Virus record (IMG/VR): IMGVR_UViG_3300044823_000503
Location: 1 to 60,047 of that record
Direction: 5' to 3' (one strand)
DNA length: 60,047 bases
Origin: a virus
Taxonomy: Duplodnaviria > Caudoviricetes
In this document: positions 47,397 to 57,556 of the stretch, piece by piece
Numbering within the stretch: position 1 is the first letter of the stretch
Layout of the letters: the number at the start of each line of letters is the position of its first letter
The notes under the pieces: generated by a model
What the model saw: only the letters and a program-made list of their open reading frames with translations
Told to the model about the DNA's origin: nothing
The model's database searches: none
Program-made: the position numbers and the translations under genes

Positions 47397-47921
47397 TCAG
47401 CCATCCGCGCTCCCTTGGATGTTTCCGACATCGCGACGCTCCTGGTCGTATAGCTGCAACGCGGCGTCGACGCGGTTGCGGAGGTGGTCAAGCCGCTGGT
47501 CGCTGAGGGCCGCAGCGGGGCCGACAATCTCCCGGATCTCCCACAGCAGCCGATCCACCTCGGTGGGCACGCGATCTGTCGGCGGGGGCTCGAGCCCGTC
47601 AAGTTCATCCCGGGTCTCGGGCACCACGGGCTTGTGGTATGAGGCGCTCACATAGAGGGCGTAGATGGTGGCGGGCATGACATAGATGGCCCCGCAGTGG
47701 GGGCACTTCACGGCGTAAGCGAAGAAGCCGTCGAAATGGCCGTCGCCGCCGCACTGGCCGCAGGTGAAGTCGAAGCACACGTCCGTGCCCTTCCACTGCA
47801 AGAAGATATCCGCCATCCCGCCTGGCGCCAGCCCGCGCTCGTCGTACTTGACGGCCACGACCTCGGCGGTCGTCCACATACCCTCTCCGCTCAGGTCGGG
47901 CGCGGTCTCGGTCTCAGTCAT
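47397..47921 (-). CDS. Zinc-ribbon phage protein
   Basis: FLQWKGTDVCFDFTC..C...CPHC. Confidence 0.65.
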   Translation of the reverse strand: MTETETAPDLSGEGMWTTAEVVAVKYDERGLAPGGMADIFLQWKGTDVCFDFTCGQCGGDGHFDGFFAYAVKCPHCGAIYVMPATIYALYVSASYHKPVVPETRDELDGLEPPPTDRVPTEVDRLLWEIREIVGPAAALSDQRLDHLRNRVDAALQLYDQERRDVGNIQGSADG

Positions 47922-47959
47922 GCGTCTGCTCCTGGGAATCTCTGCTACGCGGCTCGTTA

Positions 47960-48679
47960 TCAGTTACCGGCGCCCACCGTTCGGTAGTCGAGAGTCCATT
48001 CCTCACCGATGACCTCGGAGACATGGACGCGGGCGGCCACCTCCTCGATGATCCGGCGCGTGGTGGCGAGCCCGAGAAGTGGCTCCTCACCGATCAGCGC
48101 GAGCAGGGCGTTGCCGACCTCCTCGGCCGCCGCTGAGTCGAACACCCCCGCGCCCTCTGGTTTCTCCCAACAGACAGAGGCGCGGCCAATGGCCTGCATG
48201 ACCGCCGACCGAAGCGGCAGCGTTCCGTCGTGCTCGCGGGTAAAGGTGAAGGTCACGGCTTCTCCCTTGGCATCTCCCGTCTCACGGTCCAAGTGCCGTC
48301 CTGCGGGCCGTGCCCACAGCTCGGCAATCTCCCTGGTCAGCCGGGTACGAGCCCTGGACGTTTGCTGCCGAGATTCAAGGTCGGTGCCGTGGTGCTCCCT
48401 CAACTCGAAGAGGTATGAGTCGAGCGCGCCCATGATCCGATCGGCCGCAGCCAGAGCCAGAGCGGCGTCGAGCGCGGCGTCCACCCTGGCGGCCGCGGCG
48501 ACGTCCCAGGGGGCGAGTTGCGACGAATTGATGGCGAGCAGGCCGCCGCTATCTAGGTCCACCCACACGCGGCCAGCTAGCGCGTTCAACACGGAACCGT
48601 CAGACATCTTGGTGATCTCGCCGCGCACCGTCCCTTTGACAGCTACCACGTCTCCAGGCTTCGGGGTCCACTCACTCAC
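47960..48679 (-). CDS. Hypothetical protein starting MSEWTPKPGDVV
   Basis: 5' 31 nt shared with 51402-51740. Confidence 0.6.
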   Translation of the reverse strand: MSEWTPKPGDVVAVKGTVRGEITKMSDGSVLNALAGRVWVDLDSGGLLAINSSQLAPWDVAAAARVDAALDAALALAAADRIMGALDSYLFELREHHGTDLESRQQTSRARTRLTREIAELWARPAGRHLDRETGDAKGEAVTFTFTREHDGTLPLRSAVMQAIGRASVCWEKPEGAGVFDSAAAEEVGNALLALIGEEPLLGLATTRRIIEEVAARVHVSEVIGEEWTLDYRTVGAGN

Positions 48680-48953
48680 GTTCGCTCCTCCGGTCGGGTG
48701 GCCAATCGGCGCTCGGCCTCGGCGATCATGGCCTTGGCGTCGAGATGCACAACTTGTGCTCCCTTCAACTCGGGCGGCAACACGTCCGCGATGGGTCCAA
48801 CGACTGTCGGGTATAGAAGCGACGCGCAGCCATCGCAGAGAAGCCGTGAGACATTCTCTATGCTAACCTGAATCATCCCGCCCCCACCGAAAGCTCGCCA
48901 ACACAGCGAGCAGGCTTTCCCGGCGGACACGCTCAGTGGCTCACTCACAGCGT

Positions 48954-50375
48954 TCACGGCGTTCCGTCTCCCAGAGCAGACAGCGGTCTAGTTGCGACCT
49001 CGCAGCCCAGCCCGATCCGCTGGCGGGCCTCCTCGACGTACTCCGGCTCCCTCTCGATCCCGATGCAGGAGAACCCGTTGCCCAGGCAGGCTATTGCCGT
49101 GGTGCCTGTGCCCAGGAATGGATCGAGCACACGGCCTCCGGGCGGGGTGACCAGCTTCACCAGCCAGACCATCAGCGCAAGGGGCTTCACGGTCGGGTGC
49201 TTGCTCCTCCCCGCCATCCCCTCGGACCGCTCGGCGGGGCCGGCCTTCGCCGTGAAGTAGAAGCGAGAGGCACCGCCAGTGTCACCGTAGAAGGGTGCGG
49301 GCACGGCAGTTCCTCGGCGCGCTCCGTAGGCAACGCCGCGCCCGTACGGCTCCTCGAGGCTCGGCCCGCTCGCCCGACCCGAGGCGCCGCGCTCCTTCCC
49401 GCTCTGCTCGTCGAGCATCCGCACCGGGCAGTCCTCGGAGCACTCCCAGGCGGGGATCGTCTCCGTGCCATCGGGATCGCGGAAGCCGGGGTGCTCATGC
49501 GGAACGTCCGAGTGTGCGATGCCCTGAGTGCTGTGCCGCATCTGGTGGGCCGTTGCCCCGATCACCTTGACCTTCCGCGTCCCCACCTCCCGGCACTCCG
49601 GGGTGTGGGAGAGCACCACGTTGGCGGGCCAGCGGCCGGCCTTGGTCTGACCGTGGTACTCGATGCCGTCTTTCTCAGGTCGCCAGTTGCCGCCCGTGCG
49701 GTTTTGGGTGGCGCCGAGCTTGCGCCTGGTGACCGTGTAATCCTGCGCCTCCGTGCCCCCGAGCCGACAGGCGTCGACGTTGATGCCCCCGGTGCCGTGG
49801 GCCAGCACGTTCGCAGCGACGCTCCGCGCCGAGAGCGGCTTGCGGGCCAGGACCCAGAACTCCGCGGCCGGCTTCAACGCCGTGCCGAATCCCTGCCATC
49901 TGACCGCCTCCCCGCTGATCGCCTCCCCACTCCTGTAGCCGGAGTATGTGCCAGGGCCGTTGCCCGCTCCCCCGGGGACACGCGGGCGCTCCACTCCCGC
50001 CGCCTTGTCGATGGCCTTGGAGATGTCCAGCGACTTGGGAAAGCCCTGTCCGAACAGGTGGACGATGGTGTCCCTGATCTCGAACCCGGCATCCTCGATC
50101 GCCCCCGCCAGCCGGTGATGGGTCCGGGACCCGCCCGCCGCCAGCAGGTGTCCGCCAGGCCTGAGGACGCGCAGCACGGCCTCCCAGGTGGCCGGGTCGA
50201 AGGCCACATCACCCGTGTCCCAGGTCTTGCCCATGAAGCCGCCGGCCTGTCCCGGGACGAACCTCTTGGACGTGGTGAGGGCGTAGGGAGGGTCGGTGAC
50301 CACGGAATCGACGGAGTCCGAGGGCAGGGTGGGCATGACCTCTCGACAGTCGCCCTGGTGGATGACGACGCTCAC
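48954..50375 (-). CDS. N6-adenine/N4-cytosine DNA methyltransferase (beta class)
   Basis: VTDPPY near the N-terminus; HPTVKP...VLDPFLGTGTT near the C-terminus. Confidence 0.93.
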   Translation of the reverse strand: MSVVIHQGDCREVMPTLPSDSVDSVVTDPPYALTTSKRFVPGQAGGFMGKTWDTGDVAFDPATWEAVLRVLRPGGHLLAAGGSRTHHRLAGAIEDAGFEIRDTIVHLFGQGFPKSLDISKAIDKAAGVERPRVPGGAGNGPGTYSGYRSGEAISGEAVRWQGFGTALKPAAEFWVLARKPLSARSVAANVLAHGTGGINVDACRLGGTEAQDYTVTRRKLGATQNRTGGNWRPEKDGIEYHGQTKAGRWPANVVLSHTPECREVGTRKVKVIGATAHQMRHSTQGIAHSDVPHEHPGFRDPDGTETIPAWECSEDCPVRMLDEQSGKERGASGRASGPSLEEPYGRGVAYGARRGTAVPAPFYGDTGGASRFYFTAKAGPAERSEGMAGRSKHPTVKPLALMVWLVKLVTPPGGRVLDPFLGTGTTAIACLGNGFSCIGIEREPEYVEEARQRIGLGCEVATRPLSALGDGTP

Positions 50376-51067
50376 GGCGTTCCGTCTCCCAGAGCAACCC
50401 TCAATCGGGTTCCGATCCAGCGGGTGTACGCGGGCGGGATGGCCTCATTCAACTCCTCGCGGCTCGTCGGCCAGTTCATGTCCATCGCTATGCGGCCCTC
50501 ACGGAGCGCGTAGGTGTGGCCGACGATGGTCAGCGTCCCCGGCAGTCGGTTGTAGCCGCTCCACGATTGGCCGGGGGCGTGCTCTGGGTGCTCTGGGTGC
50601 TCTGGGTGCTCCCAGCCGCCCAACTCAAAGGCACGGTGTCGCAGGATGGGCAGCCCGAACATCTGGCCACACAGCATGATGTCGGCGCGGAGCGGCGCCT
50701 GGGGGACGTTTTCCATCACCCACGGCAGCCCGCTGGCCATCAGCCGCTGGCGCATGGGTTCGATCAGGTCGGGATAGTTCTCAGCCACCCTCTGGTAACG
50801 GCTGATGGGAGAGAACCGCTGGCATGGCATCGAGGCGTGAATAAAGGCGAAATGGTCGAGGCCCGCCAACTGCCACCCCCAGGTGCCCCCGGCGAGCAGG
50901 CGGTCCATGAGGGCCAGGGCGTCAGCCTGGATGAACGCGTCCCCGCCGTAGTGGGGCTGCGGCTCGATGTCCACTCCGACCACCCGGAATCCCGCGCGGC
51001 GATAGCCCTCCGTTGCCCCTCCGACACCGCAGCCCAGGTCAAGTGCGATGGGGCGATCATCAAGCAT
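50372..51067 (-). CDS. Short C5-cytosine DNA methyltransferase
   Basis: LDLGCGVGG...GVDI...ASMPCQ...VMENV...RHR.FE. Confidence 0.85.
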   Translation of the reverse strand: MLDDRPIALDLGCGVGGATEGYRRAGFRVVGVDIEPQPHYGGDAFIQADALALMDRLLAGGTWGWQLAGLDHFAFIHASMPCQRFSPISRYQRVAENYPDLIEPMRQRLMASGLPWVMENVPQAPLRADIMLCGQMFGLPILRHRAFELGGWEHPEHPEHPEHAPGQSWSGYNRLPGTLTIVGHTYALREGRIAMDMNWPTSREELNEAIPPAYTRWIGTRLRVALGDGTP

Positions 51068-51114
51068 CAGCGTCTCCCAGAGCAGCCAGGGCATCGGTGA
51101 TTTCAGACGGGTTA

Positions 51115-51405
51115 TCAGGCATCGACCAACTCCCCGTCCCTGATCCACCCGTGCCAGTGGCCGATGGCATTGATGGACGGGCTCACCGTGAGGTTCGGCG
51201 GGATGCCCGTCACGTCCCACATCGCCTGGCCCTCTGCCCGGTCGGTGGTCGTCCAGATGCCAGCGGCACCGGGGAGCACGATGGCCCACGCCTCGCGCCC
51301 GTCGTCGTCACGCTCTGGGACTCGCCACATAGCGCCCCACCACTTCTCCTCGCGCCAGGGCCACCCGTAGACGGGCTGATCTACGACCCGAAGCTGGACG
51401 CTCAT
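51115..51405 (-). CDS. DUF6527-like small protein
   Basis: WDVTG...LTVSPSI....WHGWIRDG. Confidence 0.6.
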   Translation of the reverse strand: MSVQLRVVDQPVYGWPWREEKWWGAMWRVPERDDDGREAWAIVLPGAAGIWTTTDRAEGQAMWDVTGIPPNLTVSPSINAIGHWHGWIRDGELVDA

Positions 51406-51740
51406 GGGGTCGGCTCCTCCGGTCGGGTGGCCAGGGAGGCGGCGAGAGCGGCGTGGAGTGCCGTGTCTGCGATATCGCACGCCTGCCCCAGCGGGTTCAT
51501 CACCTCGTGGTGCGCCATGCGCCCAGATGCTTCGTCCCAGGCGGCCAGCGCCACCGCACACGCCTCGACGGCAACCTCTAGCGCCTCCAGGGCAGCTATG
51601 CGCTCGGGAAGAAGGACCTTCTCGGGGAGCGTCTGCCAGAAGTGTCCTCTGGACTCCGATGCAAGGGTGCCGTTGGGGTTCGTGACGATACGACACTCGA
51701 TCCACACGACGTCTCCGGGCTTCGGGGTCCACTCACTCAT
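51402..51740 (-). CDS. Hypothetical protein MSEWTPKPGDVV...LATRPEEPTP
   Basis: Both ends are repeated at 48648-48704. Confidence 0.6.
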   Translation of the reverse strand: MSEWTPKPGDVVWIECRIVTNPNGTLASESRGHFWQTLPEKVLLPERIAALEALEVAVEACAVALAAWDEASGRMAHHEVMNPLGQACDIADTALHAALAASLATRPEEPTP

Positions 51741-53658
51741 GGCTCCCCTGGGCTCAGTCGGGAAGCTCGACATGCACCGTCCTCCCGGTGGCGTCGTACC
51801 GATAGACGGCGCAGATGCCGTCGTCGTGGTCCACGTCGGCGACATAGGTCCATCCTTCGGGGCACACGATCTTGCTCCAGTCCTTCGCCCAATGCGGCTC
51901 GTCGGTGAAGTCCGCGAATTCTGTCTGGCTCATCGCCACCGCCTCCTCCTGGTCGGGGCCACCACCGAGGTGAGGTGACGCTCACCCAGCGCGCGCGCCT
52001 TCGGCTTGGTCTCGGCCAGCGCATCCCATTCGCAGGAGATGCACGTGGCCCGCCAGGCCGGGAGGATCCCATGCCGGCGCAGGAGGACATAGCCGCGGCA
52101 CGGTTCGCTCATGACGGACGCCTCAGTCCGTGGCTGCGGAGGCAGGCGCGGACATCGGCGAGGCGGGCGGCGAGCAGCTCCTCCATCGCCCCCGCGTACA
52201 GGAGGTACGTGGCACGGGCGACGAAGGGCCGGGCCTCGGCACGCTGCAGCGAACTGGCCCGCCGCCCCGCCTGTCCAGAGATCTGGTCAACACTGAGTTC
52301 CACGCGGTGGCGGAGAAGGCGCAACTCCTCACCGGGAACGCCCGAATCGCGGAAGCGGGGTGGCGCCGCCCGGCCAGCCAGCATCCGGCGCCGGCTCGCG
52401 TTGCCTTTCTGTGCCGCCTTGGAACGCTCGTGAAGGGTGGAGCGCGCCGCAGTCACGAGAAACTGCTCGGTGGGGGGTGCAGTGTCTTCGTTCATGGCAG
52501 CAGCGCCAGGTGGGTGCCCCACTCGGCCATGGCCGGGCCGAGATCGCAGCCCGTCAAGATCACCCCGCAGGCGCAATGCACCTCCACGGAGACGATCTCG
52601 GCGCCGAAGCGGAAGGGCGGGGCGATGATGGTGCCGTCTCTCAATACGGCCCGGATGCGGTCGAGCTTGTGGCCGAGTGGCACGCAGTCGTGCTGGAAGT
52701 CCTCCCCGCAACGCGCGCAGTGGACGTGGGCCAGGATGGGGCTGCCGCCGGGTACGTCGCGCAGCAGGCTGGTATCGAAGCTCATTTGATCCCCAGTGTC
52801 TGGGCGGCGGTATCGAGGCGGCGCCACAGCCCGTCCTCGCCCTTGCGGCCGTCGGGATGCGCCGCCTTGGCGGCCATGCGGTAGAAGGCGGCCCGGTACT
52901 CGATCCTGATGGCGGTCACGGCGTGTCATCCCGCGACGGCGTCACCATCTGCAGGCAGCGCCGGATCCGCTCCGCCAGCTGGATCAGGAGGCGGCGGAGA
53001 TCCTCGAGGGCGGTGGCCTGCTCAGCCTCGGGGCCGAGGCTGACCGGCTTCCACCTGGCCCGGGCACCGCAGGGGCACTCCGCCGCAGCGCCCAGCGCCC
53101 CCTCGGGCAGCGCCACCGCCTGCCAGCGGTGGACATGCTCGGAAATCCCTCCGGGCGTGATCCGCACCCAGGCGGTGCTGGGCAGGAAGGTGCCGTCCAC
53201 CCAGCGGCCCTGCCGCCCCAACGGGGGCAGCTCGCGGGCCACATCGGTGAGCGTGCGGACCATCTCAGGCATCGGGCGGGCCATCCAGGACACGGTGCCG
53301 GTACTCGGCCCAGGCCGCCTCCACGGCGGCGGTGTGGGCGCTCCGGGCGGCCTTGTACCGGTCCTGCAGGATGATGGAGGCGCGGCTCGCATCCGAGGCC
53401 GTGAGGTACTCGACATAGGCGGCGTCGAGGGCGGCCCGCCAGGAGGTGCTGGCTGCGAAGAGGGCAGTCCGATGCCACGCCTGGAGAGGGGTGCAGGGAG
53501 GATCGGCGCCGCCGCGCTGCGGTTCCACCACCGCACTGTACCGCCCCGTAGGCACGTGGTGCAACCCCTCGCCAGAAGCGTGACAAACGCCCCAGATGGT
53601 GCTAGTGTGTCGATCTTGGGGCGGGTTAGATCCTCGCCATTCGAAGGGAGGCAGAATC

Positions 53659-54843
53659 ATGCCGAATCGATCCATGCGCATCCGGCGCTGGGCAGCGCCA
53701 CTTGCGGCGGCCCTCGCCCTGGGAGGCGGGGGCGCGCTCATCCTGGGCGGGGCGAGCACGGTCCTCGCCTGGTCGCCCGGGTCGCTGACGCTCACGGCGC
53801 TCTGCGCGCCGACGGAGTCCACCTACGCTTGGCAGATCGGGGCCACGGAGCACGAGACCAACTACAACGTCGACTTCTCGTACAACGGGGCTACCTGGGC
53901 TGCCGACACGCCGCTCGATCACACCACCCAGCCCTATTCGGTCGGCGGCTTCTATGAACTGGACACGGTGCGGACGGGCGTCACCCACTTGTGGATCCGC
54001 TGGGACAGCGACCACGACATCGTCGTCGGGCCAGTGAACGCAGACGGGGATCTCTGCGTCCCGCCGACCCCGACGCCGACCGCGACCCCCACGCCGACGC
54101 CAACCGCGACGCCGACGCCAACCCCGACCGCGACACCTACTCCGTGCCCCACCTGCACGGGAGCGGATGCGACTGAGCCGGTTGTCATCGACTACGACTC
54201 CGGTTCTGCAGTGTGCGATCCGGTCTATTCAGGAAGCCCGTGCTTCGGGCCTCCCAACACCGGACTGAACGTCGGTGACACCACCACCCTGACCGTGACT
54301 GCTGAGCAGGACGGCACGGAGAATCCCGACCTGACGACCACGCTCTCGTGGGACGGGCTGATGACCTTCGTCAGCAACGGGGATAGTTCAGCGGTATGCA
54401 CTGGCGGATCCAACAGCGAAAGCTGCACCTACACCGATGCCGCCCACCAGTACAAGAGCGATAGCTTCACCTTCACGGTGGGCGCGAACGCTCCGGGTAC
54501 TGTGGTGACTACCGATATCACGGTGCAGACAGCCTCAACCCCAGGCGGCGATGACGGATGCACGGCCACAGGTCAGGCGATGATCACCATGGCTGAGCCG
54601 GTTGCCACTCCAACACCGACCGCAACTCCGACGGCTACCCCGACGCCAAGTGCGACGGCAACGCCGACCCCGACCGCAACCCCAACGCCGGTAGCGGCGA
54701 CGGTTCCGTCAACAGGTGGCGGAAACGGCGGTGGCGGCGGCCTGATGGTCGACCTGGGCATCGTGCTCATGGTCTGCGGCCTCGCCCTGCTGGGCTTCCT
54801 GGCGCTCCGGCGCCGGGTCGGCCTGCACCCGGCGGCCATCTAA
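53659..54843 (+). CDS. Secreted Pro/Thr-rich surface protein with sortase-like anchor
   Basis: Signal peptide, (PT)n linkers, VPSTG + TM + RRR. Opposite strand to its neighbours, lower GC, downstream hairpin. Confidence 0.75.
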   Translation: MPNRSMRIRRWAAPLAAALALGGGGALILGGASTVLAWSPGSLTLTALCAPTESTYAWQIGATEHETNYNVDFSYNGATWAADTPLDHTTQPYSVGGFYELDTVRTGVTHLWIRWDSDHDIVVGPVNADGDLCVPPTPTPTATPTPTPTATPTPTPTATPTPCPTCTGADATEPVVIDYDSGSAVCDPVYSGSPCFGPPNTGLNVGDTTTLTVTAEQDGTENPDLTTTLSWDGLMTFVSNGDSSAVCTGGSNSESCTYTDAAHQYKSDSFTFTVGANAPGTVVTTDITVQTASTPGGDDGCTATGQAMITMAEPVATPTPTATPTATPTPSATATPTPTATPTPVAATVPSTGGGNGGGGGLMVDLGIVLMVCGLALLGFLALRRRVGLHPAAI

Positions 54844-55094
54844 GGGCCCCCCTACTCCGGGGAGGGGTTCAACGCCCCTCCCTTCGGAGTTGGGACATCC
54901 GCCCAGCGGCTTCCCGAAACGCCCAGTGACGACCGGTTGCTGGTGCGGTACGGTGCCGGGTGGTGGGAGCCCGTGCTCGCGGTAGCCACCGAACGCTGAC
55001 CCGGCCTGGGGCACTGGGCGGGGATGGCGATCGGTGCGACGGGGGCGGGAGCAACCCGGAGTGCGGCTACCGCGCCCCGGGGGCACCTCCCCCG

Positions 55095-55970
55095 CTACCC
55101 GCTCCCGAGCCGTGGCCCGGAGATCATCCGCGAGGCGGTGAGCGCGGGGAGAGCGATGGAGCGGGTGAGACCGCCGCCCAGCGCCGGCACGCCGCCCGGC
55201 CGGAGCACGGCGAGGGTGTCGCGGGCCGCCCCCTGGCCCCAGCCTGTCCGGGAGACGGCATAGGCGGTGCCGACCAGGCCGGCCAGCGAGAGCAGGCCAA
55301 ACGCGACCACCGAGGCCCGGGCGAGCGGTGCCCCTGCCCCCGGCGACACCGGGATGAACGGCGGGACACAGAGCCCGCCCAGGCAGTCCCAGTCGGTCGG
55401 GCAGGAGGAGACGCACACCCCGCCGGAGCAGACCGAGCACTGGTCGCAGACGGGGCAGGGGACGATGCAGGCGCCGGAGCTGCACACCTCGGGGGCCACG
55501 CAACGGGAGACGCAGGTCCCCGACTGGCAGGAGGAGCAGGAGTCGCAGACGGGGCACGGCGGCGGCGAGGGGGGCGCCGGGCCGATGGGAGGAGGGAGGC
55601 TGGCGATGGCCGCCCGCACCGCTCCCAGGTTGCCCTGGTAGCAGCCGTCGTTATAGGTCGACCAGGCCCCGAAGGAGGTGCCGGCGTTGCTGATCGTCCA
55701 GCCGAGCGTGAAGGCGCAGCTGGGATCGACGGCGCAGCCGCTCGTCCCCGGATGGCAGGGCTGGAAGACCTGGAGCACGCCGCAACTCTGGCAGCCTGAG
55801 GAGCACCCGCAGCCGCAGCAGTCGGGGTTGCAGCCGGTCTCACAGGCGCTCCCCACCCCGCACTCGCACATGGAGATGGCGACGATCACACTCAGCGCCT
55901 CGATGGCATCGGAGTTCCGAAAGCCGGCGTCATAGGCGTGCTGAACGCGCTGCGCCACAGATACGGTCAT
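55095..55970 (-). CDS. Cys-rich lysozyme-like transglycosylase with TM anchor
   Basis: VAISMCE...GVLQV...DP...ISNAGTSFGAWSTY; two CPVCDxCSxC repeats. Confidence 0.7.
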   Translation of the reverse strand: MTVSVAQRVQHAYDAGFRNSDAIEALSVIVAISMCECGVGSACETGCNPDCCGCGCSSGCQSCGVLQVFQPCHPGTSGCAVDPSCAFTLGWTISNAGTSFGAWSTYNDGCYQGNLGAVRAAIASLPPPIGPAPPSPPPCPVCDSCSSCQSGTCVSRCVAPEVCSSGACIVPCPVCDQCSVCSGGVCVSSCPTDWDCLGGLCVPPFIPVSPGAGAPLARASVVAFGLLSLAGLVGTAYAVSRTGWGQGAARDTLAVLRPGGVPALGGGLTRSIALPALTASRMISGPRLGSG

Positions 55971-56803
55971 GCGTCGCCCCCGAACCCCTGCCCCGCCGAC
56001 GTCGCAGAGGGGGTGAGGGCCATCTCCGTGCCTGCCGTGGCCCGCCGGGCAGGGCTTCTCGACGCTCCCCCTCCCAGGCCCGGGCCTGGACGCCGACGCA
56101 CCGCTTGCCACGCCGCCAGCGCGGTCAAGGCGGCGAGCACCAGGCCGGCGGCGACCGCTGGCTCGGCGCTGGGCGTTGCGGGCGGCGGCGAAGGCGAAGG
56201 CGAAGGCGCGGGGGCGGGCGGCGGCGAGCAGAGACCCCCGGCGCAGGCCCAACCAGCCGGACATGAGGAGACACACCGGGTGCCCTGGCAGACCGAGCAC
56301 GAGTCGCAGACGGGGCTGCAGGTGGGCGGAGGCGGGGCTGGCGCCGGAGCGGGCGGCGAGGCGCTCGGGTGCTGCCAGCCCACCACGCCGTTGTAGTCGG
56401 TGTGGGTGACCACCTGGCAGCAGAGGTTGCAGCCCCAGTTGTTGGCCAGCGAGACGATCTGGGTGGGAGTGGCCGAGAGACAGAGGTCCACGTGGCCGTG
56501 ACAGCCGACCCCGTGATACCCGCTCTGGAAGACCACCAGGTCCCCCGGCGAGGGGAAGTTGCTCTGCCCGTTGGCTATCCAGGTCCAGCCCGCGTAGCCG
56601 CTCCCCTGCCAGCACACCCCGTCACAGTGATACCCGTTCCCGCCGCAGTTGCCGCAGGAGTTGCAGGGGGTGCCGAGCCCGAGGTTCCTGCACCAGAGGC
56701 AGGCGAGCGCCGTGCACTCGCCGTCCGGGAAGCCGCCGCAGCCACCCCCGACACCCGTCTGCCCCGAATACTGGGCCGCGAATTGGGCAGGCGATAGCAC
56801 CAT
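55967..56803 (-). CDS. Cys-rich CHAP amidase with TM anchor
   Basis: ECTAL...PSPGDLVVF...GHVDL...NNW...GVVGWQHP; promoter GATCTCCC-N20-TAGCAT (56811-56844). Confidence 0.75.
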   Translation of the reverse strand: MVLSPAQFAAQYSGQTGVGGGCGGFPDGECTALACLWCRNLGLGTPCNSCGNCGGNGYHCDGVCWQGSGYAGWTWIANGQSNFPSPGDLVVFQSGYHGVGCHGHVDLCLSATPTQIVSLANNWGCNLCCQVVTHTDYNGVVGWQHPSASPPAPAPAPPPPTCSPVCDSCSVCQGTRCVSSCPAGWACAGGLCSPPPAPAPSPSPSPPPATPSAEPAVAAGLVLAALTALAAWQAVRRRPGPGLGGGASRSPARRATAGTEMALTPSATSAGQGFGGDA

Positions 56804-57556
56804 GGCCCCGATGCTACGGGCCACCTCGGGGTCGCGGGGAGATCAGCCCGCGCCCGGCCTCCTCAGCGGCCGGCCGTCAGCCGGAAGGACGGCGTGAGGG
56901 CGTCACCCAGCATGGGCCGGCGCACCAGGCCCTCCTGGATGGCGAGCAGCGCCTCGTGGAGGTCGACGGCACTCGGCCACGCGTCGCCCCAGACGGTGCA
57001 CCCGCCCATGGCGGCGTACAACTCCACCAGGCGGGGGGGGGCCAGGGCGTTCGGCCCCTGCGTTTCGGCCAGCAACTCACAGGCCACCAGGAGCCGATCC
57101 GTGGCTTTGAGAAGGGCCCGGCGCTGGCGGCGCTGGATCTCCCCCTCTTCGGCGAAGACCAACTCCACCTGGGCGGGCTCCAGCACCTGCTTGCGCTGCG
57201 CGTGCCAGGAGCACTGACCGCCCGGGCGGAGCGACGGCCGGCCGCAGTGCGACACCCGGCACACGCCCAGCGCCTGAGCCGCCACCGTCACCGGTCGCGT
57301 CCCGCCAGCGCCTGGAGGCGGCCCAGGGCGGAGAGGGCGGCACGAATGTCCCCCGCCGCTGAGAAGACCGCCCCGCCCGTCTGCTCGAGCGCCTCACAGA
57401 ACTCCGCCAGCTCGCCCTCCATCTTGGGGTTGGCATCCAAGAGGATGTCGACCGCCGCCTTCAGGTCACGGCGCGCCGCGGACTCTGGCTTGGGTGCAGG
57501 CCGTCCCACAGCCCCGCATTGTGCGCCGCCGCTACCCTCCCGTGCACCCTTCGCTC

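Noticed and set aside
54060-54690. ACGCCG-type tandem repeats here and at 33.0-34.1 kb
   Set aside because: They encode Pro-Thr linkers (period 6) and are unrelated to the period-5 arrays.
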